Shown here: piece after piece, positions 10,157 through 19,319 of the stretch
Layout of the letters: the number at the start of each line of letters is the position of its first letter
Position numbering within the stretch: the stretch's first letter is position 1
NCBI GenBank assembly: GCA_002392275.1
Contig: DGGQ01000107.1
Location: 3,781 to 67,780 of the forward strand
DNA length: 64,000 nt
Origin: Treponema sp. UBA3870
GTDB taxonomy: Bacteria > Spirochaetota > Spirochaetia > Treponematales > Treponemataceae
Reading direction: 5' to 3'
Notes under the pieces: generated by a model
Told to the model about the DNA's origin: nothing
The model's database searches: none
Seen by the model: only the letters and a program-made list of their open reading frames with translations
Made by a program: the position numbers and the translations under genes

Positions 10157-10606
10157 ATGTTGCGCATGGTAAAAAAATTTGTTTTTATTTTTGGATTGAT
10201 TTTTGTGGCATCCATTTTTGGTTCATGTATCTCACCAGAGGCTGCACACCTTTTGTTTATTGCGACTGCGCCCGAACATGAAGTTTCGATTGAAGTTAAA
10301 AAAGGTTCTGCATACATTTCTGGAATCAAAAACTACAATCACGAAGTTGAAAATCTATACTCCCATGATATTCCGTCCCAGAGTGAATTACATTCCAATT
10401 ATGTCGAGCCGCGTCTTTTGATTTCCGGGCAAAAGTTTTCGGAGAGTTTGAAATACGGCTACCAGTTGATTTTGACCGTGCAGTCTTCCGCTGGCGATGA
10501 ACTTGAAATTGAAGTTACAGACACCGACGGAAAAAAGAAAAACCACAAGATAAAAGCACCAATGAATTCAATGACTCTGTGTTTTGAAAATCATTTTAGG
10601 CCATAG
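10157..10606 (+). CDS. Putative lipoprotein
   Basis: AGGAGG RBS, hydrophobic signal ending FGSC. Confidence 0.65.
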   Translation: MLRMVKKFVFIFGLIFVASIFGSCISPEAAHLLFIATAPEHEVSIEVKKGSAYISGIKNYNHEVENLYSHDIPSQSELHSNYVEPRLLISGQKFSESLKYGYQLILTVQSSAGDELEIEVTDTDGKKKNHKIKAPMNSMTLCFENHFRP

Positions 10607-10612
10607 AATACC

Positions 10613-11143
10613 TTACCAGCAGTATGAAATGCCAAGCGTCAAATCCACCGGTGAATGGGTTTTAAATGGATTTTGATTTTCAATGAAAAGCATGGAAAGT
10701 CCGGCCCCGACATTCAGCTGAAGGTTTTGTGTCATCTGTCTTATGTAGTAAATCTTTGCGCCCGCCACAAAACCTACGACACATGATTTTGGATGCAAAT
10801 CTGCACAGACTATCCCAAGCCCCGCGAAAATAGATGGACGGAAAAAATCATTTTGTGTAATTGCAAAACTGTTGTCCAGTCCCAGCGAGATTTCGTTTAC
10901 CAACAAAAGTTTTCCAGAATTTTTGATTGAGGCAAAATCTTGGCCCGCCTTTACAAAAACATCCAGCGACTTGTAAATTGGATATGAAAACTGCAAGTCA
11001 TATTTGAAACTTGGTTTGTCACAAAAAGCATCCTGCGAAAAATCCGGCATGGCAGCCCCCAAATCAAGCTGAAGCCGAGGACCCGCAAATCCAAGACCCA
11101 CAAGCAAAATAAAAAGCGTGGGAAAGAGAATTATTTTTTTCAT
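10613..11143 (-). CDS. Putative small outer-membrane beta-barrel protein
   Basis: Signal peptide, alternating beta strands, LGISYCW C-terminus; GGAGG RBS. Confidence 0.65.
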   Translation of the reverse strand: MKKIILFPTLFILLVGLGFAGPRLQLDLGAAMPDFSQDAFCDKPSFKYDLQFSYPIYKSLDVFVKAGQDFASIKNSGKLLLVNEISLGLDNSFAITQNDFFRPSIFAGLGIVCADLHPKSCVVGFVAGAKIYYIRQMTQNLQLNVGAGLSMLFIENQNPFKTHSPVDLTLGISYCW

Positions 11144-11380
11144 AACTAATGCCTCCTTTTTTTATAGATTTTGTAAATATAAAAAATATGCACATTAAGG
11201 GAATACTCTATTTTTTGAGGATTTCCTTATGTTTTTTTAATGTGAAAAGCGTATTGTTGCTTTGCCATTTTCTAGCAAAGCATCATCATTTCCATACAAA
11301 TTGTACAGATAGATAAGATTAAAAAACTTATTTTTTTCATTTTTGCCTCTAAAATAATTTTACCACATGGAATTTTCAGT

Positions 11381-11560
11381 CCAAGATTCCAACTAGAAGA
11401 CAGCGCGCTTTGTCTATGTCAAGGATTGTCGCCCCATTTTTTGAATTTCGCAAGGCCTTGGAGGGCAAATATTACGTAGATCACTCTTCGCTCGGGCGGA
11501 CTGTTACGAACATCACTGCTATGATGTATGTAATATTACATATGTAATATTGAGATAATG
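11381..11560. repeat. 180-bp direct repeat, copy 1
   Basis: Matches 12921-13100 with 4 mismatches by eye; contains palindrome AATATTACATATGTAATATT. Confidence 0.95.
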
Positions 11561-11666
11561 GAGGTTTCATTTGTATTTTATCATTTGTCCAAATCTGCCC
11601 CCGGTGCTTATTTGCGCTGCGAGATTTGATATTTTTGATGTGCTATACTCAAAGATGGACCACATT

Positions 11667-12221
11667 TTATCCAAAAAGGCCCGGGTGGATTTCTTTTTCC
11701 GTTGGGGTGCAGGAATTGATAAAACCGTCAACATCGTCAAGGGCTGGCAGGTTTTCCACTTTTTCATCAAAATAATCTTTTACAATGTATGTGTAGGAAT
11801 CATAAATTCTGAAAATGTCCATGTAAAGATAATTTAGGTTGATATAGATGTCGCCTATATAGTTTCTTTTTCCCGCCTCAATTTTAAATTCATAGCGGCA
11901 CATGAAGTCAGAAAAGTTTCCTATCCTGTAAAGATAATATTTCCCCGCATCCAGTAAAACGTCAAAGGTCTGTTCCTTTTCAGTCGGGCTTATTTTGAAT
12001 GAGGAAGAATTGTCCCCTACAAAATACAAATCCTGCTTTAATGGAAATCCTTTGTATTTGCCGGATTTATCGAGATTGAATTCTTCGCCTACCCAATCAC
12101 AGTAAACGGTAAAAGTTGCATATCCAGTCGAAGAACTTTCGTACTTTGTTGGCAATGATTTGCAACTAAATAGCGTTACTGCAATCGCAAGGGACAGGAA
12201 AATAAGGGAAAACTTTTTCAT
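11667..12221 (-). CDS. Putative lipoprotein
   Basis: MKKFSLIFLSLAIAVTLFSC spirochaetal lipobox. Confidence 0.7.
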   Translation of the reverse strand: MKKFSLIFLSLAIAVTLFSCKSLPTKYESSSTGYATFTVYCDWVGEEFNLDKSGKYKGFPLKQDLYFVGDNSSSFKISPTEKEQTFDVLLDAGKYYLYRIGNFSDFMCRYEFKIEAGKRNYIGDIYINLNYLYMDIFRIYDSYTYIVKDYFDEKVENLPALDDVDGFINSCTPTEKEIHPGLFG

Positions 12222-12272
12222 AATCTTAATGCTGCCGCTACGTTGACACCTATTTTCCATCATTGAGTTGCC

Positions 12273-12752
12273 TTAGTTTACAGGTACTCCCATGACACGG
12301 ATTCGGACATTGTAATTGTCAACAGCCCTCATCTGGTTCCATGAGCCAAGGTCAAGTGCGAGCAGGGAAAGTATGGACGTTCCGATTGTTGCATAGCCCG
12401 CCACAGGTCTAACAGTGTCCGCAGCCGGAAGGCCATCTGCAAAAGTGTAGACAAGGTTTGTCCCCAACGTTACGACAGCGACACCAATAAGAGTGTAGCC
12501 CGCAATCCTCCAGCCTTTTGCATTTTTTAGAAGAACCTCGTTTTCTGGAATCTGGGAAACAAGGGCTGTAAGTTCTTTCTGGCTAAGACGGGTTCCGTCC
12601 TCCAGAGAATAGTTGACAAAAGAAAATTTGTCGCTGTGGACTATTAGCTGTCCGTCACTATTCTGAACCGTTGCAGCAGAAAAAGTCTGTGCTGTTGCTG
12701 GAACCATAAAAAGTGCGAGCAGGGCGATTATTGTTAAATAAATTTTTTTCAT
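12273..12752 (-). CDS. Hypothetical exported/membrane protein
   Basis: Signal peptide plus two C-terminal hydrophobic segments; AGGAG RBS. Confidence 0.7.
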   Translation of the reverse strand: MKKIYLTIIALLALFMVPATAQTFSAATVQNSDGQLIVHSDKFSFVNYSLEDGTRLSQKELTALVSQIPENEVLLKNAKGWRIAGYTLIGVAVVTLGTNLVYTFADGLPAADTVRPVAGYATIGTSILSLLALDLGSWNQMRAVDNYNVRIRVMGVPVN

Positions 12753-12920
12753 TTTGAATCTCCTTGTAATTTATATTTATTAAAAAATGGTAATCCCATT
12801 TTCATTTTAAATTTGTTTTTTTCATAATAATTCTCCTATAAATTTTTCTCATATACTATGAGAAGATTAAAATATTTTCGCTTTTTAAAGCGATTTTTTT
12901 TACCCCATGGGATTTTTATT

Positions 12921-13100
12921 CCAAGATTCCAACTGCAAGACAGCGCGTTTTGTCTATGTCAAGGATTGTCGCCCCATTTTTTGAATTTCGCAAGGCCTTG
13001 GAGGGCAAATATTACGTAGATCACTCTTCGCTCGGGCGGACTGTTACGAACATCACTGCTATGATGTATGTAATATTACATATGTAATATTGAGAAAATG
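12921..13100. repeat. 180-bp direct repeat, copy 2
   Basis: Matches 11381-11560. Confidence 0.95.
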
Positions 13101-13203
13101 AAGATTTTTGGATGGTAAAATATTACCAGCTTTGCACTTGGTCTGACAATTTTCTTTTAAAAAACTGGTGGCAAAATCATTTAATTTGATATAAAATAGA
13201 ATT

Positions 13204-13968
13204 ATGAAAAATTTTTTGTACAACAAGAAGACGATTCTCGGACTGAGAATTTTCTCTGCGATTGCCATTTTCATTTTGATTGTCGTCAATGTTTTGACTT
13301 TTGTGAGTGGCGAGATTTTTTTGGATGGCGCAATCAACATCAACCGACTGAACACTGTTGTAATCAATTTTTTTACTATCGTGATAGCGGTATTTGTTTT
13401 GTTTTTTCCGCAAAAATTCGGACTCATTGCCGTGGCGTGTTTTTTGTACATGATTAAAATTTTTGTTTGGGACAAGGGAAATCCAATGGGCATAATGATG
13501 GCCTCCCTGCAAATCTGCATACTGTATGTCCGTGGATTTTTTATGAAGCACAAGGGACCAAAAATTGCAATCCTCTCCATCATACTGATTGCGCTACAAT
13601 GTTCCCGCCTAAGATTTGGTGCGGAAGTTTTGTTTCGGGATTTGGTCATGGACATGGGTTATTCGTTTGTCTTTTTCTTTGCGGTGTTTTTTATTGTCGG
13701 GTTTGAATCAAGAAACAGAAGTACGGAAAAAATTTTGAATCTTGCACTGTATGATGGTCTGAAGGAAAGCGATGTGGACCTGCTGAACTGTGTTCTCAAC
13801 AATCAACAGTACAAGGTGATTGCAATCAACATGAACAAAAGCGAGGGTGCGGTAAGAAACCGTCTGAATAAAATCTATGACGCTATTGGAGTTTTGGACC
13901 GCATCGGTTTTTTGACAACATTTACAGGTTTTGATGTAATCTTTAAGCCTGTCGAGCAACCCGCCTGA
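13204..13968 (+). CDS. Membrane-anchored LuxR-like HTH regulator
   Basis: Several TM segments followed by YKVIAINMNKSEGAVRNRLNKIYDAIGV LuxR-type HTH. Confidence 0.7.
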   Translation: MKNFLYNKKTILGLRIFSAIAIFILIVVNVLTFVSGEIFLDGAININRLNTVVINFFTIVIAVFVLFFPQKFGLIAVACFLYMIKIFVWDKGNPMGIMMASLQICILYVRGFFMKHKGPKIAILSIILIALQCSRLRFGAEVLFRDLVMDMGYSFVFFFAVFFIVGFESRNRSTEKILNLALYDGLKESDVDLLNCVLNNQQYKVIAINMNKSEGAVRNRLNKIYDAIGVLDRIGFLTTFTGFDVIFKPVEQPA

Positions 13969-14007
13969 TGTTCCCCTTTTTTATAAAAACGTTTATAATG
14001 AATTATT

Positions 14008-15819
14008 ATGATAGACGAAGCTCTTGTTGATTCTGATGGAAACGGAATACAGTTTTTTGGTGACGGTCTGGTTTGCGAACTGAAAAAAATTGACGGTCAG
14101 ACCAATGTTTTTCTTTTGCGGACGGTGATTGAACTGGAGCGCGAAACCCAAGTTGCCCCGGAGCCGGGACAGTTTTACATGCTACGCAGCAAAAAAAGTG
14201 CCGCATATTTTGGTCGGCCAATTTCGGTCTACCGCTCAAAAGTTTTTTCGGAAAATGGAAAGCGTAAAATCGAATTGCAGTTTATGATTTTGGAAAAGGG
14301 AACGGGGACAAAGGAATTGTGCCAGATGCTTCCCGGAGAAAAAGTCGTTTTGTCAGGCCCCATGGGAAACGTTTTTCATGCCCCGGACTGTTCGGACGGA
14401 AAGGTTGAAACCTGTATTGTGGGCGGTGGAATCGGTGTTGCCCCTGTAGCAAACTTTGCGTCGTCATTAAAAAATGGAAGTTATGATTTTTTTGCGAGTT
14501 TCCGCTCCGGTTCTTACGGTCTTGATTATGTGAATCCACGAGAGCTTTTTATTACAACGGATGACGGAAGCCAGGGAATCCACGGTATGCTGAGTGCCGC
14601 GCTGACTGTTGATAAGATTAGGGATGCCGGGTATAAGTATATTTTTGCCTGCGGTCCCGAACCGATGCTTGCTTATGTCCAAAATGTTGCGCGCGAGGCT
14701 GGTGTCAAAGCGTACCTAAGTCTGGAGCACAGAATGTTGTGCGGAGCGGGTGCGTGTCTTGGTTGTACGATTCAAACCGATGAGGGAACTTTGCGTGTGT
14801 GCAAGGACGGGCCTGTTTTTGATTCCGACATAATCCATTTTGCAAAACCGTCGCCCAGAAAAAATCCTCTGCCGGAAAATGTTGAGCCTGACTTGAGTGT
14901 GTCAATCTGTGGGGTGCGTTTTAAGAATCCTGTAATTGCCGCGTCTGGAACCTTTGGTTATGGCCAGAACTTCCGTGGACTTTCCGATGTGGGCGCGTGG
15001 GGCGGAATCTCGTCAAAGGGAACGACCCTTGAACCTCGTCAGGGAAATCCGGGAGAACGGAGCATAGAAGTTGCAAGCGGCGACATAAACTCAATCGGTC
15101 TGCAAAATCCTGGCATGAAAGAGGTTGTCGAAAAAATTGTTCCCGAAATGATGAAGCTGGATTCTGTCATAATTTTGAATGTGGCCGGGCATGATTTGTC
15201 GTCCTATGTCGAAGCCGTTCGCATGGCAGATTCAACTGATGTAAAAATGATAGAGCTGAACATAAGCTGTCCTAACGTGAAGGCCGGTGGACAGGCATGG
15301 GGAATGGTCCCGGAGGCTGCGTCCGAATGTGTGTCTGCGGTGCGTGCGGTGACAAAAAAGCCGCTGATTGTAAAGCTGACTCCCAATGCTCCTGATTTGC
15401 GTGCGGTTGCAAGGGCATGTATTGATGCCGGTGCCGATGCGTTGAGTCTTGTGAACACATTTTTGGCGACCGCAATCGACATTGAAAAGGGGAAACCTTT
15501 TTTTGAAAACATTCGTGCCGGATTGTGTGGACCTGCAATCAAACCAATAGCCCTTCGCATGGTCTATGATGTGGTCGAAGAAATCAACAAAATGCCGGAG
15601 GAAAAAAGGGTCCCGGTGATTGGCATTGGTGGAATCGAAAAGTGGCAGGACGCGGTTGAGTTCATAATGGCTGGAGCAAGTGCCGTGCAGATTGGGAGCG
15701 CTGTTTTTGCAAATCCGAATGTTGCCCGGGATGTGTGCGATGGACTGAAATCCTTTATGAAGCGGAAGGGCTACAATAATATAGAAGATTTTAGGGGAAT
15801 TGCGCAGGTCGGAAATTAA
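14008..15819 (+). CDS. pyrD: Fused dihydroorotate dehydrogenase electron-transfer subunit (PyrK) and catalytic subunit (PyrD, family 1B)
   Basis: RPISV, GGGIGVAP, CGPEPM, MLCGAGACLGC...VCKDGPVF (PyrK); NPVIAASGTFG, ELNISCPN, VKLTPN (PyrD). Confidence 0.93.
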   Translation: MIDEALVDSDGNGIQFFGDGLVCELKKIDGQTNVFLLRTVIELERETQVAPEPGQFYMLRSKKSAAYFGRPISVYRSKVFSENGKRKIELQFMILEKGTGTKELCQMLPGEKVVLSGPMGNVFHAPDCSDGKVETCIVGGGIGVAPVANFASSLKNGSYDFFASFRSGSYGLDYVNPRELFITTDDGSQGIHGMLSAALTVDKIRDAGYKYIFACGPEPMLAYVQNVAREAGVKAYLSLEHRMLCGAGACLGCTIQTDEGTLRVCKDGPVFDSDIIHFAKPSPRKNPLPENVEPDLSVSICGVRFKNPVIAASGTFGYGQNFRGLSDVGAWGGISSKGTTLEPRQGNPGERSIEVASGDINSIGLQNPGMKEVVEKIVPEMMKLDSVIILNVAGHDLSSYVEAVRMADSTDVKMIELNISCPNVKAGGQAWGMVPEAASECVSAVRAVTKKPLIVKLTPNAPDLRAVARACIDAGADALSLVNTFLATAIDIEKGKPFFENIRAGLCGPAIKPIALRMVYDVVEEINKMPEEKRVPVIGIGGIEKWQDAVEFIMAGASAVQIGSAVFANPNVARDVCDGLKSFMKRKGYNNIEDFRGIAQVGN

Positions 15820-15870
15820 ATTTCTTCTAATCTCTTGTTTATTATGACAAAATTAGATAAAATGTCATTT

Positions 15871-17025
15871 ATGAATAAGTATGTGGCTTTGTGCGCCGTG
15901 GGTGCGGAACGGATTCTGGGAAACGAAATCAAGCAACTGGGATACAAACTGGCGGGAAATGCTCCGGGGCGCGTGTGTTTTTTGGGCGATTCGGACGCTC
16001 TGTACAGGGCGAACCTTTGTCTGAGGACCAGCGACCGGGTTTATATTTTGATGGCGGAATATACTGCCTCAAATTTTGATGAGCTTTTTGATGGATGCTA
16101 CGACGTTAACTGGCAGGACTTTTTTTTCAAGGACAGCAGGGTTGTGGTGGACAAGGTTAGAATCCACAAAAGCAGAATCAACAGCGAGCATACAGTCCAG
16201 TCAATGATTCAGAAAGCCGTATACAAAAAACTGGGTGACATCTGGCGAATGACGACCTTTCCAGAGACTGGCGAGCGTTCGGATATACGCATATATATAG
16301 AAGAAAATAATGTGATGGTGCTGCTCGATACCAGTGGCGAGGCTCTGCACAAGCGTGGGTACAGGACCGACGGTGGTGTTGCCCCATTGCGTGAGACTAC
16401 CGCTGCGATTTTGTTACAGGAAATGCTCTGGCGGCGGAAGATTCCATTGCACGACCCATTTTGCGGGAGCGGAACGATTGTCACCGAGGCTACGCTCTAT
16501 GCCTACAATGTTGCGCCTGGATTGGGAAGGCATTTTGCTTTTGAGAATCTGTCGATATTCAATCAGCAGAGTTTTGTTGAAATCAAAAAACAGGAGGCCG
16601 CGAAAATCCGTACCGATGTTGAATGTCGGATTACTGGAAGCGACATTGATCCTGCGGCTGTGTCACGTGCAAAAATCAATGCGGAACATGCCTGTGTGAC
16701 TGCCGGTCGCGCGCTCCAGATGATTGGAAGCGACATGAAAATCCAGCGTCCAGATTTTATTGTCAGTGATTTTTCGGATTTGAAGGCTCCATACGACGAG
16801 GGAATGATAATCACAAATCCTCCATACGGTGAAAGAATTGGAGATGTGGAGCAGGCTGAGGAAATCTACAGGAAGATGGCTTCTATGTTCGAGGATTTTC
16901 CCGGCTGGCAGATTGGTGTAATCACAAACCAAAAGAGTTTCCAGAGCTGTGTCGGAAAATATGCTTCCGCGCTGAAATCAATCAAGACAGGAAATCTGGA
17001 TACGACCCTCTACATCTACAAATAG
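15871..17025 (+). CDS. THUMP-domain class I SAM-dependent RNA methyltransferase (RlmL-like)
   Basis: LHKRGYR, APLRET, DPFCGSGT, TNPPYGERI; start codon uncertain. Confidence 0.9.
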   Translation: MNKYVALCAVGAERILGNEIKQLGYKLAGNAPGRVCFLGDSDALYRANLCLRTSDRVYILMAEYTASNFDELFDGCYDVNWQDFFFKDSRVVVDKVRIHKSRINSEHTVQSMIQKAVYKKLGDIWRMTTFPETGERSDIRIYIEENNVMVLLDTSGEALHKRGYRTDGGVAPLRETTAAILLQEMLWRRKIPLHDPFCGSGTIVTEATLYAYNVAPGLGRHFAFENLSIFNQQSFVEIKKQEAAKIRTDVECRITGSDIDPAAVSRAKINAEHACVTAGRALQMIGSDMKIQRPDFIVSDFSDLKAPYDEGMIITNPPYGERIGDVEQAEEIYRKMASMFEDFPGWQIGVITNQKSFQSCVGKYASALKSIKTGNLDTTLYIYK

Positions 17026-17038
17026 GGACAGATTTTTT

Positions 17039-17635
17039 ATGGCAATCATTGTTGAACACGAAAAACGCAGGCACGAAATCCTTGGAAAATCACTCGACCT
17101 TTTTATCGAGGAGGGCTACGAGAATGTGACTTTCCAGAAAATTGCCGACCGTTGCGGAATCACAAGGACCACGCTTTATATCTATTTCAAAAACAAGCAG
17201 GAGATTTTTGTTTCCAGCATAAAGGAGCTTACGGACAAACTGGAGGAGCAGCTCAAGGAAATAATTTTCCAGAAAGATTTGTCTGCGGCGGACTGTCTTA
17301 AAAAATTTGTCTGCCACATTCTTGACCAGTGTGAGAGCTACAAAAGATTTTTCAAAATACTTCTGGTCTACCTGATCCAGATTCAGAAGACCGGTGTGGA
17401 TGCGGGAAAGCGTGTGGACCGTCGTGTGCTAAAGTTGCGGCACATGCTCAACATAATTATAATCAGGGGAAAGGAGACCGGGGAGTTCAAGGATGTTCCA
17501 ATCAAGCAGACCACCGACATTCTGTACACTCTTTTGGAAAGCGGTGTATTCAGGCTGGCGGTTGAGGGGCGCAAGGATATTGAGGACACTAGGCGGATTG
17601 TGAATCTGATGGTGGATTCGCTCCGTGTTGATTGA
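17039..17635 (+). CDS. TetR/AcrR family regulator
   Basis: EGYENVTFQKIADRCGITRTTLYIYFKNK HTH. Confidence 0.92.
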   Translation: MAIIVEHEKRRHEILGKSLDLFIEEGYENVTFQKIADRCGITRTTLYIYFKNKQEIFVSSIKELTDKLEEQLKEIIFQKDLSAADCLKKFVCHILDQCESYKRFFKILLVYLIQIQKTGVDAGKRVDRRVLKLRHMLNIIIIRGKETGEFKDVPIKQTTDILYTLLESGVFRLAVEGRKDIEDTRRIVNLMVDSLRVD

Positions 17636-17677
17636 AATATACTTGCATAATGCAAGAATTTTTATTATTCTTTAGGC

Positions 17678-19237
17678 ATGATTATTCCAATTGCGCTTAG
17701 TTTTATTCCGTTAGTGGCTGTCTATCTGTGTTTTGCGCTTTTGGTGAAGGATTTCAAAAAGCTAGTTGGAATTTTGTCCTGTCTGCTTGGGCTGCTTGCT
17801 TTTATTCCCATTATGGGGATTGATCTTATCAAGGACAAGATTATTGATGGTTCACAGTTTTCCCAGCTTGTAAAATTTTTAGGACTGGCGCTTGTGGAAG
17901 AGGGCGTGAAGATGCTTCTGCTCTTTTTTATACCATCAAAAAAAACTGCTCAGGGGGCTTTTTTTGCTTATTCCGTGCTGCTGGGAATGACGCTCGGATG
18001 TTTTGAAACGCTTCTTTATATCGCCGTGCTGCATGCGAAGCTTCGTTGGCCTGCAATCCTTGTCCATGCAATCTGTGCGGGACTTTCGGGGATATTTGTT
18101 TATTCTGTGAAGAAAAAAAATGTCCTGATAACGTCCTTTATATTTGCAGTTTTATTCCATGGGGTGTATAATTATCTTGCAGATTTTAAGGACTTCCGAA
18201 ATTATTTTGCGTATGTAGTTATTTTAATAGCAATGGTCGAATGCAAGCTTCGCTATGAGGTTTTGAAGGCTGACCTTGCTGATAAAACAACTAATAATTT
18301 TAGGAAAAATAAATTTTCAAAAGGAGATTCTAAAAATATGGGTTTCAAAGATTTATTGGGCAAAGTGGGCAAATTTTTCAAAAAGGATGAGGACACTGAA
18401 AAAGATTTGCCGGAGCAGACAGTGTTTAGCTCAAGCAGCGAGACAGTAAGTTCATCGGACTTTAGCAGCGACAAGACTGACGAAGCCACTGTTTTGCCGG
18501 AAACAAAGGAAGAGGAAATCAGTTCCCCACTTTCCGTTTCAAGTTCGCCGACACCTATGGAAGAAAAGAGCAGCAGTCTTGGTTTCAGTAAGTATCCGCC
18601 GATTGACAAACTCTTTAATGAGGAAGATGTGCCGGAGCCTGTAAAAGCGGAGCCAAAAATTGAGATTGAGCCGGTAAAGGTGGACGAGCCTGTTAAAAAG
18701 ACAAGAACCAGAACCTCCACAATCAAGGTTGATTCCGAAGAAACCGAGCCTGTAAAGAAGACTACACGCACCAGAACCACATCCAAGGCTTCCGCAACTA
18801 TTGACTCAGAGAAGACTCCAGCCAAGCGTGGAAGAAAAACTGCCGCAGAAAAAACTGCTGATGATGCAGAAAAGAAGCCTGCGACACGCGGAAGAAAGCC
18901 AGCCGCAGCAAAGACAGCCGAGACCGCTGAAAAGAAGCCTGCGACACGCGGAAGGAAGCCTGCCGCAGCGAAGACAAGCGAGACCGCCGAAAAGAAACCG
19001 GCAACCCGTGGAAGAAAGTCAGCCGCAGCCAAGGCAACCGATACAGCCGAAAAGAAGCCAGCGACACGTGGAAGAAAACCGGCAGCGTCAAAAGCAACAG
19101 AAACTGTAGCGGCAAAGACCACCGGCGCAGCCAAGAAAACTACAAAGACCACCGCCAAAAAGACTTCCGAAACAAAGCCTACGGCGGCAAAAAAGACCAC
19201 CGCAAAGAAAACCACAACCAAGAAAACTACAAAATAG
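17678..19237 (+). CDS. PrsW-family intramembrane metalloprotease fused to a basic histone-H1-like tail
   Basis: ALVEEGVK, GCFET, HAICAG, FHGVYN PrsW motifs; K/T/A-rich C-terminal repeats. Confidence 0.8.
   Translation: MIIPIALSFIPLVAVYLCFALLVKDFKKLVGILSCLLGLLAFIPIMGIDLIKDKIIDGSQFSQLVKFLGLALVEEGVKMLLLFFIPSKKTAQGAFFAYSVLLGMTLGCFETLLYIAVLHAKLRWPAILVHAICAGLSGIFVYSVKKKNVLITSFIFAVLFHGVYNYLADFKDFRNYFAYVVILIAMVECKLRYEVLKADLADKTTNNFRKNKFSKGDSKNMGFKDLLGKVGKFFKKDEDTEKDLPEQTVFSSSSETVSSSDFSSDKTDEATVLPETKEEEISSPLSVSSSPTPMEEKSSSLGFSKYPPIDKLFNEEDVPEPVKAEPKIEIEPVKVDEPVKKTRTRTSTIKVDSEETEPVKKTTRTRTTSKASATIDSEKTPAKRGRKTAAEKTADDAEKKPATRGRKPAAAKTAETAEKKPATRGRKPAAAKTSETAEKKPATRGRKSAAAKATDTAEKKPATRGRKPAASKATETVAAKTTGAAKKTTKTTAKKTSETKPTAAKKTTAKKTTTKKTTK
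18810..19110 (+). repeat. 60-bp coding tandem repeat (AEKKPATRGRKPAAAKTAET-like, ~5 units)
   Basis: Visible in both DNA and protein; boundaries approximate. Confidence 0.85.
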
Positions 19238-19254
19238 TTGCTTGCAATAAAAAT

Positions 19255-19276
19255 GGGGCTGTCAAATGGCAGCCCC
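19255..19276. terminator. Probable bidirectional intrinsic terminator
   Basis: GGGGCTGTCA-aa-TGGCAGCCCC between convergent genes. Confidence 0.7.
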
Positions 19277-19319
19277 TTGTTTTTAGAATCCAATAATCAA
19301 ATCAACAGCAACAGCCGGA

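Noticed and set aside
11381-13100. 180-bp repeats as integron attC sites or IS ends
   Set aside because: No convincing RYYYAAC/GTTRRRY-bounded full-length palindrome, no terminal inverted repeats, and no adjacent IntI or transposase
18253-19293. 346-aa antisense ORF
   Set aside because: Shadow of the repetitive Lys/Thr/Ala-rich sense gene
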